Part shown: positions 53,194-62,916 of the stretch, piece after piece
Position numbering within the stretch: position 1 is the stretch's first letter
How the letters are laid out: every line of letters begins with the position of its first letter
Assembly (NCBI GenBank): GCA_964499705.1
Contig: CAZCME010000002.1
Coordinates: 186,001 to 250,000 of the forward strand
DNA from: an uncultured bacterium
GTDB lineage: Bacteria > UBA8481
Length of the DNA stretch: 64,000 nt
Direction of reading: 5' to 3'
Position numbers and translations under genes: made by a program
The notes under the pieces: model-generated
Database searches by the model: none
What the model saw: the letters and a program-made list of their open reading frames with translations, nothing else
What the model was told of the DNA's origin: nothing

Positions 53194-54822
53194 ATGAATA
53201 AGATCTCAGATCAACACGTCGCCATCTACGACACGACTTTGCGCGATGGAACGCAGGCGGAAGGCATCTCCATATCCGTCGACGACAAGGTCCGGATAGC
53301 GCGCCGCCTCGACGCCATGGGCGTTCACTATCTGGAGGGCGGCTGGCCCGGATCGAATCCGAACTCGATCGAGTTCTTCGACAGGATCCGGGGCATGAAG
53401 CTGCACAACATGAAGGTCGCCTCCTTCGGTTCCACCCGGCACGTGAAGAACACGTGCGCGAAGGACGGTAACATCCAGGCTCTCCTGGCCACCAAGACCC
53501 CGGTCGTGACGATCTTCGGCAAATCGTGGGATCTCCACGTGCGCGACGCGCTCCGGATCTCCCTGGAGGAAAACCTGGAGATCATCGAGGATTCCGTCGC
53601 GTATCTGAAGAAGTCCGGAAAAGAAGTCATCTACGACGCGGAGCATTTCTTTGACGCGTTCAAGCGGAACAGGTCGTACGCGCTGGCCTCGGTTGAAGCC
53701 GCTACGCGTGCGGGCGCGGACTGCCTCTGCCTCTGCGAGACGAACGGCGGCGCGATCCCGAACGAAGTCTCGGCCATCATGCGCGAGGTCCGGCAGCACA
53801 TCCCCGGCATTGAGCTCGGCATCCACACGCATAACGACTCCGGCTGCGGCGTCGCGAACGCGCTCGCGGGAATCGCGGAAGGCGCGACGCATGTGCAGGG
53901 AACGATCAACGGCATCGGCGAGCGCTGCGGCAACGCTAACCTCGTGCCGATCATCGCGAATCTCGAGCTGAAGATGAACAGAACGACGATCGGCCGGAAG
54001 AACCTGAAGAGGCTGAACGAGATCGCCCGATTCGTCTGGGAGCTGACGAACCAGATTCCCGACGAGCGGGCTCCGTATGTCGGCAAGAGCGCTTTCGCGC
54101 ACAAGGGCGGCATCCACGTCTCCGCCGTTCTCCGGAATGCGGCGACCTACGAACACATCGTGCCCGAGCTCGTCGGCAACAAGCAGCGCGTCCTCGTCTC
54201 GGATCAGTCCGGAAAGTCGAACCTCGTGTACAAGATCAAGGAGCTGGGATTGAAGGTCGATCCGAGCGCTCCGGAGCTGATTTCCGTCCTGAAGGACATC
54301 AAGGCGCTGGAGAACGAGGGTTATGAGTTCGAGGGGGCCGAGGCGAGCTTTGTCCTCATGATAGAGACAGCCCTGGGCCGCGTCCCGGAATATTTCTCCA
54401 ATGTCACGTGGCGGATCCTCGATGAGTACATCTCCGGGGAGAACTTCGTGATCGCGTCCGTTCACGTCAACGTGGCGGGCAAGGAGATCCACACCGACGC
54501 CGAAGGCGCCGGCCCGTTCAACGCGCTCGACAAGGCCTTCCGCGCCGCGCTGCGTCCGACCTATCCTCAGATCGACCGCATGAAGCTCGTCGATTACAAG
54601 GTGCGCATTCTCCATTCCGAAGCTTCAACGGCGGAACGAGTGCGCGTCCTTATCATGTCCTCCGACGACAAGGAGACGTGGGGCACCGTGGGCGTCTCGT
54701 CCAACCTTCTCGAAGCCTCCTGGACCGCGCTTCTGGATTCCATTCTCTATTACCTGCACAAGCGACTTCGCATGAAGAGCGCAAAAGGCAAAGGACAAAA
54801 GGCAAAGGGCAAACATATTTAA
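53194..54822 (+). CDS. cimA: Citramalate synthase
   Basis: YDTTLRDGTQAEG, EGGWPGSNP, FGKSWDLHV, DAEHFFD, AFAHKGG, DYKVRIL. Confidence 0.93.
   Translation: MNKISDQHVAIYDTTLRDGTQAEGISISVDDKVRIARRLDAMGVHYLEGGWPGSNPNSIEFFDRIRGMKLHNMKVASFGSTRHVKNTCAKDGNIQALLATKTPVVTIFGKSWDLHVRDALRISLEENLEIIEDSVAYLKKSGKEVIYDAEHFFDAFKRNRSYALASVEAATRAGADCLCLCETNGGAIPNEVSAIMREVRQHIPGIELGIHTHNDSGCGVANALAGIAEGATHVQGTINGIGERCGNANLVPIIANLELKMNRTTIGRKNLKRLNEIARFVWELTNQIPDERAPYVGKSAFAHKGGIHVSAVLRNAATYEHIVPELVGNKQRVLVSDQSGKSNLVYKIKELGLKVDPSAPELISVLKDIKALENEGYEFEGAEASFVLMIETALGRVPEYFSNVTWRILDEYISGENFVIASVHVNVAGKEIHTDAEGAGPFNALDKAFRAALRPTYPQIDRMKLVDYKVRILHSEASTAERVRVLIMSSDDKETWGTVGVSSNLLEASWTALLDSILYYLHKRLRMKSAKGKGQKAKGKHI
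54777..54813. repeat. Heptamer repeat (GCAAAAG/GCAAAGG/ACAAAAG) forming the cimA C-terminal tail
   Basis: gcaaaag gcaaagg acaaaag gcaaagg gcaaa encodes AKGKGQKAKGK. Confidence 0.75.
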
Positions 54823-56138
54823 TGGCCGAGAAGTTCACAGCGCCACGGGGGACGCGCGATCTTCACGGCAATGTGGCGGAAGCCTTTCATGCGATCGAAT
54901 CGACGGCGCGCGCCTGCTTCGCCTCGCGCGGATACTCCGAGATCCAGACGCCTCTCTTCGAGTCCCGGCGTCTCTTCGAGCGTTCGGTCGGAGACGAAAC
55001 CGACATCGTCAAGAAGGAACTGTATGCCTTCCGCGACAAGAAGGACCGGGAACTGGCCTTGAGACCGGAGGGGACGGCCGGGGTTGTGCGGGCCTACGTC
55101 GAGCATAATCTCGGCGCCATCGCTGGAGTGACGAAGCTTTGGTACGCCGGGCCGATGTTCCGGTACGAGCGGCCGCAAGGGGGGCGTTACAGGCAATTCC
55201 AGCAACTGGGTTGCGAGGTGTTCGGTTCGAGGAATTTCCTCGCGGATGTGGAAGTCGTCGACATGGCGATGCGGATCGTGGAGCAACTCGGGATCGCGTC
55301 AAAACTGAAGATTAATTTCATCGGGTGCGGAACCTGCCGTGTGAAATATGCGGAATCGGTCCGGCAATTCTTCGCGGCGAAGCAGGAATCGTTGTGTCCG
55401 GACTGCCGCATCCGGCTCGAACGGAATCCGCTGCGCATTCTCGACTGCAAGGTGGCGGGGTGCCGGGCGGCCCGGACCGGAGCGCTGGCGATCGATCTCT
55501 GCGAGGATTGCTCCGGATCGTACGCGGAAATCCGGACCGGGCTTGAGGCGGCGGGCGTGGGTCATGAGGTCGATCCGTCGATCGTCAGGGGGCTGGATTA
55601 TTATACCGGACTGGTTTTCGAGGTTGTATCCGATAAACTCGGGGCGCAGGATGCGGTACTGGGCGGGGGGCGGTATGATGCGCTTGTGGAGGAACTCGGG
55701 GGAGCGTCGACACCGGCCGTGGGGTTCGCGATCGGCATGGACCGGCTGGCGCAGCTCATCATCGAGAACGGATTCGGCGTCAACGATCATCCCTTTTTCT
55801 ATATCATCGGACTGGGAGACGCGAGCCGCCGCGAGGCTTACTCCGCCGTGCGCCGGTTCGAGAAGATGCCGTTGCTGACCGGGCGAAGAATCGAACCGGC
55901 GCTGGCGGACAAGTCGTTGAAGTCGCACCTGAAGGATGCGGATCGCCTGAAGGCCGCATATGCGGTCATAACCGGCGATCGCGAACGCGAAGCGGGGATC
56001 GTGCTCATCCGTGAGATGGGATCTGGAAAACAAGTGGAGATCGCGGTTCGCGGCGTCGATGACGCGAGCCTTGAAGCGAAGTTGAGGAACGAGTTGAGCA
56101 TGGAGCAAACAGCCAATGTGGTACCGAGGAGCGAGTAA
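54822..56138 (+). CDS. hisS: Histidine--tRNA ligase
   Basis: PRGTRD, LRPEGTA, FRYERPQGGRYRQF, RGLDYY, GGGRYD; start at ATG 54822. Confidence 0.97.
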   Translation: MAEKFTAPRGTRDLHGNVAEAFHAIESTARACFASRGYSEIQTPLFESRRLFERSVGDETDIVKKELYAFRDKKDRELALRPEGTAGVVRAYVEHNLGAIAGVTKLWYAGPMFRYERPQGGRYRQFQQLGCEVFGSRNFLADVEVVDMAMRIVEQLGIASKLKINFIGCGTCRVKYAESVRQFFAAKQESLCPDCRIRLERNPLRILDCKVAGCRAARTGALAIDLCEDCSGSYAEIRTGLEAAGVGHEVDPSIVRGLDYYTGLVFEVVSDKLGAQDAVLGGGRYDALVEELGGASTPAVGFAIGMDRLAQLIIENGFGVNDHPFFYIIGLGDASRREAYSAVRRFEKMPLLTGRRIEPALADKSLKSHLKDADRLKAAYAVITGDREREAGIVLIREMGSGKQVEIAVRGVDDASLEAKLRNELSMEQTANVVPRSE

Positions 56139-56141
56139 GAA

Positions 56142-57935
56142 ATGACGACGCAAACGAGTTCGACCTGGACACCCGCCGGAACGGTGCGGGCATCGGATGA
56201 AGGACAAAAGCTGACCGTGCGCGGCTGGGCCGCGACGCGCCGCGACCATGGCGGGCTCATCTTCGTCGATCTCCGGGATCGCACGGGTTTGCTCCAGGTT
56301 GTCTTCAGCCCGGAGCGATCCGGCGAAGCGATCCATAAGGAAGCTCATAAGATCAGGACGGAATATGTGATCCGCGTGACGGGCACCGTGACGCGGCGCT
56401 CCGCGGAGACGATCAACACAAAGCTTCCGACGGGCGAAGTGGAGCTCGTCGCGGACACCCTGGAAATTCTCGCCGTCTCGCGTCCCGTGCCGTTCGATAT
56501 CGTGGACGAGACACCGGCATCCGAGGAGATCCGCCTGAAATACCGGTATCTCGATCTGCGCCGCCCGCTCATGACCAGGAACCTCATGATGCGGCACAAG
56601 CTCTACCAGGCCACGCGCTCCACGCTCGACGGTCTCGGCTTCGTGGAAGTCGAGACGCCGATGCTGACAAAGTCGACGCCGGAGGGGGCGCGCGACTACC
56701 TGGTTCCGTCCCGTGTCCAGCCGGGTTGTTTCTTCGCGCTGCCGCAGTCGCCCCAGCTCTTCAAGCAGATCCTCATGGTCTCCGGCCTCGAACGCTATTA
56801 CCAGATCGTGAAATGTTTCCGCGACGAGGATCTCCGCGCCGACCGGCAGCCGGAATTCACGCAGATCGATATCGAGATGTCGTTTGTCGAGGAGGAGGAT
56901 ATCTTCGCGGTCTCGGAATCCGTCATCAGCGCCCTCTTCGCGACGGTCGGGATCGAAATTCAACGTCCCTTCGCGCGCCTGACCTACGAGGACGCGATGC
57001 GCCGTTTCGGATCGGACAAGCCCGATCTGCGGTACGGGCTGGAGCTGACGGAGCTGACCGACCTGGCGAAGGAAAGTTCGTTCCAGGTCTTCAAGAAAGT
57101 CGCCGAAACCGGAGGCCTTATCGCGGGCCTGCGGATCCCGGGCGGCGGCGACTTGTCCCGCAAGGACATCGAAACGCTGACCGCGCACGCCGCGATCTTC
57201 GGCGCCAAGGGAATGGCTTATTTCTTTGCCCGCAACGGAACGCTGGAGTCGAACATCGGGAAGTATTTCGAGCCGGGACTTCTCCTGAAAATCCGGGAGC
57301 GATTCGGCGCCGAGGACGGCGATCTCGTGGTCTTCGTCGCGGATAAACCGCTCGTCGCGCGGAATGCCCTGGGAGAACTTCGAAAGAAGATCGCCGCCGA
57401 TCGCGGCTACATCGAGAAGGCCGGCAACGCGTATAACCTGCTCTGGGTCACCGATTTTCCGCTCTTCGAGTACGACGCCGAGGCGAAGCGCTGGGTCGCG
57501 ATTCATCACCCGTTCACCTCCCCGAAACCTGCGGACCTGGCGATCCTGGAAACCGACACCGGCAAAGTGACGGCGCGCGCCTACGATTGCGTCCTGAACG
57601 GCACGGAAATCGGAGGAGGCTCCATCCGTATCCATCGCCCCGATGTCCAGTCGCGCGTCTTCAAGCTCCTGGGGATCGACGAGGAATCGGCGCGGGAGAA
57701 GTTCGGATTTCTCCTCGATGCCCTCGATTTCGGCGCCCCTCCGCACGGCGGCATCGCCTTCGGCATGGACCGCCTCGCGATGCTTTTGACCGGCAGTAAG
57801 TCGATCCGCGACGTGATCGCATTTCCCAAGACGCAGAACGCGACCTGCCCTTTGTCTCAGGCACCCGGCGTCGTGTCCGATGCGCAGATGCGGGAGCTGT
57901 ATCTTAAGTCGATATATGATAAGGATGAGGGATGA
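56142..57935 (+). CDS. aspS: Aspartate--tRNA ligase
   Basis: [48 protein letters not shown]. Confidence 0.97.
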   Translation: MTTQTSSTWTPAGTVRASDEGQKLTVRGWAATRRDHGGLIFVDLRDRTGLLQVVFSPERSGEAIHKEAHKIRTEYVIRVTGTVTRRSAETINTKLPTGEVELVADTLEILAVSRPVPFDIVDETPASEEIRLKYRYLDLRRPLMTRNLMMRHKLYQATRSTLDGLGFVEVETPMLTKSTPEGARDYLVPSRVQPGCFFALPQSPQLFKQILMVSGLERYYQIVKCFRDEDLRADRQPEFTQIDIEMSFVEEEDIFAVSESVISALFATVGIEIQRPFARLTYEDAMRRFGSDKPDLRYGLELTELTDLAKESSFQVFKKVAETGGLIAGLRIPGGGDLSRKDIETLTAHAAIFGAKGMAYFFARNGTLESNIGKYFEPGLLLKIRERFGAEDGDLVVFVADKPLVARNALGELRKKIAADRGYIEKAGNAYNLLWVTDFPLFEYDAEAKRWVAIHHPFTSPKPADLAILETDTGKVTARAYDCVLNGTEIGGGSIRIHRPDVQSRVFKLLGIDEESAREKFGFLLDALDFGAPPHGGIAFGMDRLAMLLTGSKSIRDVIAFPKTQNATCPLSQAPGVVSDAQMRELYLKSIYDKDEG

Positions 57936-58014
57936 AGTATGAAGGATGAAGTTGCGCGTGATCCCGGAAGAAAGGTGAAGTACTTCGTCCTTCATCCTTC
58001 ATCCTTCATCCTTT
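57921..58014. repeat. Inverted heptamer repeat (AGGATGA x4 / TTCATCC x4)
   Basis: aaggatgagggatgaagtatgaaggatgaag ... cttcgtccttcatccttcatccttcatccttt; overlaps the aspS stop. Confidence 0.88.
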
Positions 58015-58018
58015 TCCC

Positions 58019-60157
58019 ATGAGCTCCCAGTCGCGGAAGAGCGAGATATCGGCGGAGCTTTCAGCGGAAAAGGCGCAGCTGCGGTCGCCGTTCCGTTACG
58101 ACCGCCTGCTGGTCTTTCTCCTGATGCTGGCCGCGTCCGCGCTCATTCTCTCGCAGGCTCTCCTGGAGCGCCGCGATGAAGTCGCGGCGGGGCAGGTGGC
58201 GGACCAGGAAATATACGCGCCGATGGGATTCGTGTTCCTTGACACCCCGGCCGCCGAGGCGCGCTGGCGGGAGGAATTCGACAAGCTCCCCGCGCCCTAT
58301 GTCTTCGACCTTACGGGCTTTGACGAATCGACGAAGAAGCTGAGGAAATTTCTCCTCCCGGACCAGTCGGAAACTTCCCCGGCGCGCCTCTTCATCTCCG
58401 ATTCCCGGCGGCGCGCGGCGGCTCTCAGGCTGGTGGACGACCTGATTGCGCGGGCGCGCACGGTCGGGCTATTGGAAAAATCCTATGAAACGGAAAGGAC
58501 GCTTTCGATCCGCGACCGGGACGGCGCTATTCGCGAGATCTCCTCCGTCCGCGTGATGCATCCGGGACGCTGGGAAATCCACCTGCACGGCCTCACGGAC
58601 GACGAGATGATCCGCATGTCGGGGCTCCTCGACAAGCATCTGCCGCCCACGTTGAGGTTCGACCAGGAGAGGGCTCGCGAGATATTCGACGTTTTGAAGC
58701 GGAAATATCCGGTCGAAGCGCTGCACTTCCCCTCGGAAAAACCGGTCATCATGGCAGGGCAGGAACTGGACGAGCGACAGGCGGAGATTGTCCGGCAGAT
58801 CGCGCGGCACACCGTGGAGCGCAACTACATCGCGCTCTTCGCGCTTGTTGGTTTTCTCACGCTCACGTATCTCTTCGCGGCGATGTACATGAGGCGATTC
58901 CTGGCGCCGATCTATGAGAAGCTGCGGGACGTCGCCGCCGTTTCCTTCGCGATCGGGATCGTGATGCTGCTCTGCCTCCTCGTGCGCATCGTCATCGGAT
59001 TCGACCTCGGAGTCCTGCAATTCTCGAACGCCGCCATGCCCGTCGCGAGCGCGGCGATGCTGCTGGCGCTCCTTTACGGAGCGCGCCCCGCGATCACGCT
59101 CGCCTTCTTCGCGGCCGTGACGATCGCCGTGGTCACCGCTCCGCGCATCTCCCTGCTCGTCATGTACCTGTTCGGATGCATGACCGGAGCGATCTCCACG
59201 ACGGACGCCCGGCGTCGGTCCGATCTGTTCAAGAGCGGCCTGCTGGTCGCGGTCGTGCAGATTACCGTCGTGGTCCTCATCGGCATGCTTCGCGGCGAAC
59301 CGGTCGCCTCGATTCGCGTCGACATGCTTTCGGCCGTCGTCTCGGGCCTTCTTTCCGCCGTGATCGTGCAGGCCCTGCTGCTGCCCCTGGAGGCGATTTC
59401 ACACAGGATATCGAACTTCACGCTCCTGGAACTCGGCGACCTCAATCATCCACTGTTGCAGGCGCTTCTGCGCAAGGCGCCCGGCACATTCCAGCATTCC
59501 CAGCACGTCGCTCTCCTCTCTCAGTCGGCCGCGGAGGCGATCGGAGCGAACGCGCTGATGGCGCGCGTCGGCGCGTATTTCCATGACATCGGGAAGATGC
59601 GGAAGCCGGAATATTTCACGGAGAACCAGTCGCCCGGCGAGAATCCTCATGACAAGCTGAAGCCCTCCCTGTCCGCCGCGGTTATCAAGGCGCATGTCCT
59701 CGACGGCATCATCATGGCGCAGGAGGAAAAGCTCCCGGAATCGGTCATCGATTTCATCTCGCAGCATCACGGCACGGCCGTCATCTCCGTCTTCTACCAT
59801 CGCGCGCTGGAGACCGTCGGCGAGGAGATCGAGGTCAATCGTGGAGATTACCAGTATCCGGGGCCGAAACCCCAGATTCAGGAAACCGGGATCCTGATGC
59901 TGGCCGACCGGGTCGAGGCGACGTCGCGTTCGATGATGAAGCCCACGGCGAATCGAATCGAGCGGATGGTGAAGAAGACGATCGCGGAGGTCTTCGAGAG
60001 CGGGGAACTGGACGAATGCGAATTGACCCTGAAAGATCTGACGATCATCGCGGACCGCTTTACGCATGTCCTCTGCGGAATCTACCACACGAGGCGCGCG
60101 GAGTATCCCGAGGCGGGAAAGATCGCGGAAGCCGAGAAGAAGGCGAAAGAGAAATGA
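58019..60157 (+). CDS. 7TM-HD (HDIG) phosphohydrolase, PgpH-like
   Basis: APGTFQHS, YFHDIGK, QHHGT, YPGPKP, MLADRVEA; 7TM region. Confidence 0.92.
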   Translation: MSSQSRKSEISAELSAEKAQLRSPFRYDRLLVFLLMLAASALILSQALLERRDEVAAGQVADQEIYAPMGFVFLDTPAAEARWREEFDKLPAPYVFDLTGFDESTKKLRKFLLPDQSETSPARLFISDSRRRAAALRLVDDLIARARTVGLLEKSYETERTLSIRDRDGAIREISSVRVMHPGRWEIHLHGLTDDEMIRMSGLLDKHLPPTLRFDQERAREIFDVLKRKYPVEALHFPSEKPVIMAGQELDERQAEIVRQIARHTVERNYIALFALVGFLTLTYLFAAMYMRRFLAPIYEKLRDVAAVSFAIGIVMLLCLLVRIVIGFDLGVLQFSNAAMPVASAAMLLALLYGARPAITLAFFAAVTIAVVTAPRISLLVMYLFGCMTGAISTTDARRRSDLFKSGLLVAVVQITVVVLIGMLRGEPVASIRVDMLSAVVSGLLSAVIVQALLLPLEAISHRISNFTLLELGDLNHPLLQALLRKAPGTFQHSQHVALLSQSAAEAIGANALMARVGAYFHDIGKMRKPEYFTENQSPGENPHDKLKPSLSAAVIKAHVLDGIIMAQEEKLPESVIDFISQHHGTAVISVFYHRALETVGEEIEVNRGDYQYPGPKPQIQETGILMLADRVEATSRSMMKPTANRIERMVKKTIAEVFESGELDECELTLKDLTIIADRFTHVLCGIYHTRRAEYPEAGKIAEAEKKAKEK

Positions 60158-60200
60158 GACCGTTTCCTCATGCGCGTACGGCATCGCGCGGGATGACGGG

Positions 60201-60608
60201 TTGAAGAGACCGATCGTTCAGAACGAGTCGGGGCGTTCCCTTCCCCGGGGCTTGCGAGACCTTCTTGATGGCGCGTTTCACGAGGCGTGCCGCGCGCATG
60301 GAGATTTGCCGGAGGAAGTCACGGTGCGTTTCGTCGGAAACGGCGAAATCCGCGGGCTCAATCGCCGGTTCAAGAAGAAGGACCGGGCCACCGATGTGCT
60401 GGCGTTCGAGAGCGGCGACATCGTCGTATCCGTTGAGACGGCGGAGCGACAGAGCCGGGAGCAGAGACATTCGCTCCGCAGAGAGCTGATCCACCTGGCC
60501 GTACACGGGCTGCTTCACCTCCGAGGCCATCGCGATGACACGCCCGCCCGCCGCGGCGCCATGGAGAAGGAGACGATCCGCATCCTCGACAAGCGTGGAG
60601 TGATCTGA
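60201..60608 (+). CDS. ybeY: rRNA maturation RNase YbeY
   Basis: LNRRFKKKDRATDVLAF, GDIVVS, HGLLHLRG; TTG start inferred. Confidence 0.88.
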   Translation: MKRPIVQNESGRSLPRGLRDLLDGAFHEACRAHGDLPEEVTVRFVGNGEIRGLNRRFKKKDRATDVLAFESGDIVVSVETAERQSREQRHSLRRELIHLAVHGLLHLRGHRDDTPARRGAMEKETIRILDKRGVI

Positions 60609-61681
60609 TGGAGACGGTCATTCTCATAGGTATCGTCGTCATTCTCTATGGCCTGGCCGCCATCTTTTCCGGATCGGAGGCAGCTCTTTTTTCGCTGAAG
60701 GATCATGAACTGGAGCTGATGGGGAGCGGCGGGTCGCGGATGCGGAAGCTGCTGTCCAGGCCGCGGTCGCTTCTCATTGTCATCCTGGCGTCGAATCTCC
60801 TCGTGAACACCCTTTCTTCGGCGCTCATCGAGGGAATCGCGCACAACCATTTCGGAGATACGGGCATCCTCATCGCCATCGGCGTGGCTTCCTTCCTGCT
60901 CATGGTCTTCGGTGAGATTCTTCCTCAGACCTACGCGCTGCAGCACAACGCTCTATTCTCGCGCTTCGTATCTCCCATCGTCACGCTTCTGCTCTTCATC
61001 TGGAAGCCTGTCACCGTTCTCCTGGTTCCCCTGACAACCCAGCTCACGAAGCATTTCGAAGGAGGGATCGAGGAACGGATCACGGAGGACGACATCAAGA
61101 GCCTGGTGACGCACAGCAAGTCGATCGGAGCGCTGGATGTGTCCGTGCAGCGATGGATCCATTCGATCTTCCAGCTCGACAAGCTCCGCGCCTTCGACAT
61201 CATGATCCCCCGCGACAAGATATTCGCCCTCCCGAAGGATGCCGATTACGTGGCGGCGATGGATGCGATCCGGAAGACACGCTATTCCCGCATCCCCCTG
61301 TACGCGGGGACGCTCGATCAGATCGTCGGCGTCCTGTATGCCAAGGACATGCTGGCCGCCAAGTATCGCGGCGGAGAAGTCAAGCCCGCCCGGATCGCGC
61401 GGGAACCGGTGTTTGTGCCCAGGTGGAAAAGGTGCGATCTCCTTCTTAACGATCTCCGCGGTCTGAAGACGCATATGGCCGTCGTGGTCGATGAATTCGG
61501 AGGCGTCTGCGGGCTCATCACGCTGGAGAGCATTCTCGAGACGATCGTCGGGAAGATGCGGGATGCGCACAGGGAAGGCCGCGGCGCCGCTCATCGGGAC
61601 CACGCCGCGGACCGACTTGCCGCGGAAGAGAGGGAACGCGAGGCGATGGGCGGCTCGACAGGGGAGATGAAGCCTTCATGA
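60608..61681 (+). CDS. CNNM (DUF21)-CBS hemolysin/CorC-family protein
   Basis: FSGSEAALFSL, FGEILP, YSRIPLY, VVDEFGG. Confidence 0.92.
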   Translation: METVILIGIVVILYGLAAIFSGSEAALFSLKDHELELMGSGGSRMRKLLSRPRSLLIVILASNLLVNTLSSALIEGIAHNHFGDTGILIAIGVASFLLMVFGEILPQTYALQHNALFSRFVSPIVTLLLFIWKPVTVLLVPLTTQLTKHFEGGIEERITEDDIKSLVTHSKSIGALDVSVQRWIHSIFQLDKLRAFDIMIPRDKIFALPKDADYVAAMDAIRKTRYSRIPLYAGTLDQIVGVLYAKDMLAAKYRGGEVKPARIAREPVFVPRWKRCDLLLNDLRGLKTHMAVVVDEFGGVCGLITLESILETIVGKMRDAHREGRGAAHRDHAADRLAAEEREREAMGGSTGEMKPS

Positions 61682-62916
61682 TGATCCTCGCGGGAGCCTT
61701 CTTCATCATCCTCATGATCACGACCATCGCCTTTTTCGCGGGAGTGGAAACCGGTTTGTTCTCGGTTTCGCCCGCGAAGATCAGGAGCCTTGCGGAGCAG
61801 GGGAACAGGAGAGCGCACATCATCCAGAAACTCCTGGAGACGCCGGATTTCTTCATCGGCACGGCGCTCGTCGGCATCAACACCGCGCACGTGACGCTCT
61901 CCGTCGTGTCCGCCTGGTTCTTCAGCCGATTCTTCCACGATGAATCCCTCACCGCGCTCGTCACCGCCTGCGTCGTGACACCCACCGTGCTTCTCTTCGG
62001 CGAGATCCTCCCGAAAACCCTGGCGCGCCTCCGGCCGCACGCCACGACACTGCGGTATGCCCGCGTCTTCCGGACATTCAGCATCCTCATGAAGCCGGTC
62101 ACTTCTTCCGTGCTCTGGTTCGCGAACTCCATTCTCCCCGCGACCAAGGCCAGCAGGGAGCAAGAATCGGAGCGAAAAAAGGCCGAGATCCGTTCGCTCA
62201 TCCGGGAAGGCGAGAAGACCGGTGTCGTGGAGGACGATGAGAAGCAGATGATCGAATCGGCGTTCGAGCTCGGTGACAAGACCGTGAAGGAGGTCATGGT
62301 GCCGCGCGTTTCCATGGCGGCCATTTCGCTGCGATCGACTCATGCCGAGATCATGGCTTATGTCGCTCACGAGAATTACACGCGCTATCCCGTCTTCGAC
62401 GAATCTCCGGATGAGATCATCGGCATCCTGCATGTCGCGGATCTCCTCATCGAGAATAAATTCGAGCCGGAGCGGCTCGCGAAGCCCTTCTATGTTCCCG
62501 AGTTCACGGCCGTAGACGAGGCGCTGGAGCAGCTCCGGAGCCAGGGCGGCCACATGGCGATCGTCGTGGACGAATACGGCGGAACGGCCGGGATCGTCAC
62601 GATCGAGGATCTGCTTGAGGAGCTTGTCGGAGAAATCGAGGATGAGCATGACGATTCGCACGCGAAGGTCATGAAGCTCGCCGACGGCCGCTGGTCGATC
62701 GACGCGCGCGCCGATCTCGATGAAGTCGCGGAACAGCTCTCCATCAGCTTCGAGGAGCTTTCGAGCGAGGCGGAGACGATCGGCGGGATGATCCTGGAAC
62801 AGATGGGGAGAATCCCGAGAACGGGCGAGAAGATCGAGCTGATGTCGGCGCGGATCGAAGTGGCGTCCTCCGACGAGCGGCGCATCATGCGGGTGATCGT
62901 GGAAAAAAAGGAGTGA
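61678..62916 (+). CDS. CNNM-CBS-CorC_HlyC protein
   Basis: FFAGVETG, FGEILPK, VDEYGGTAGIVTIEDLLEELVGEIEDE. Confidence 0.93.
   Translation: MMILAGAFFIILMITTIAFFAGVETGLFSVSPAKIRSLAEQGNRRAHIIQKLLETPDFFIGTALVGINTAHVTLSVVSAWFFSRFFHDESLTALVTACVVTPTVLLFGEILPKTLARLRPHATTLRYARVFRTFSILMKPVTSSVLWFANSILPATKASREQESERKKAEIRSLIREGEKTGVVEDDEKQMIESAFELGDKTVKEVMVPRVSMAAISLRSTHAEIMAYVAHENYTRYPVFDESPDEIIGILHVADLLIENKFEPERLAKPFYVPEFTAVDEALEQLRSQGGHMAIVVDEYGGTAGIVTIEDLLEELVGEIEDEHDDSHAKVMKLADGRWSIDARADLDEVAEQLSISFEELSSEAETIGGMILEQMGRIPRTGEKIELMSARIEVASSDERRIMRVIVEKKE

Noticed and set aside
60490-60545. YbeY third metal-binding His replaced (HGLLHLRGHRD)
   Set aside because: An Asp at this position is a variant I recall from other YbeY proteins; no sign of pseudogenisation
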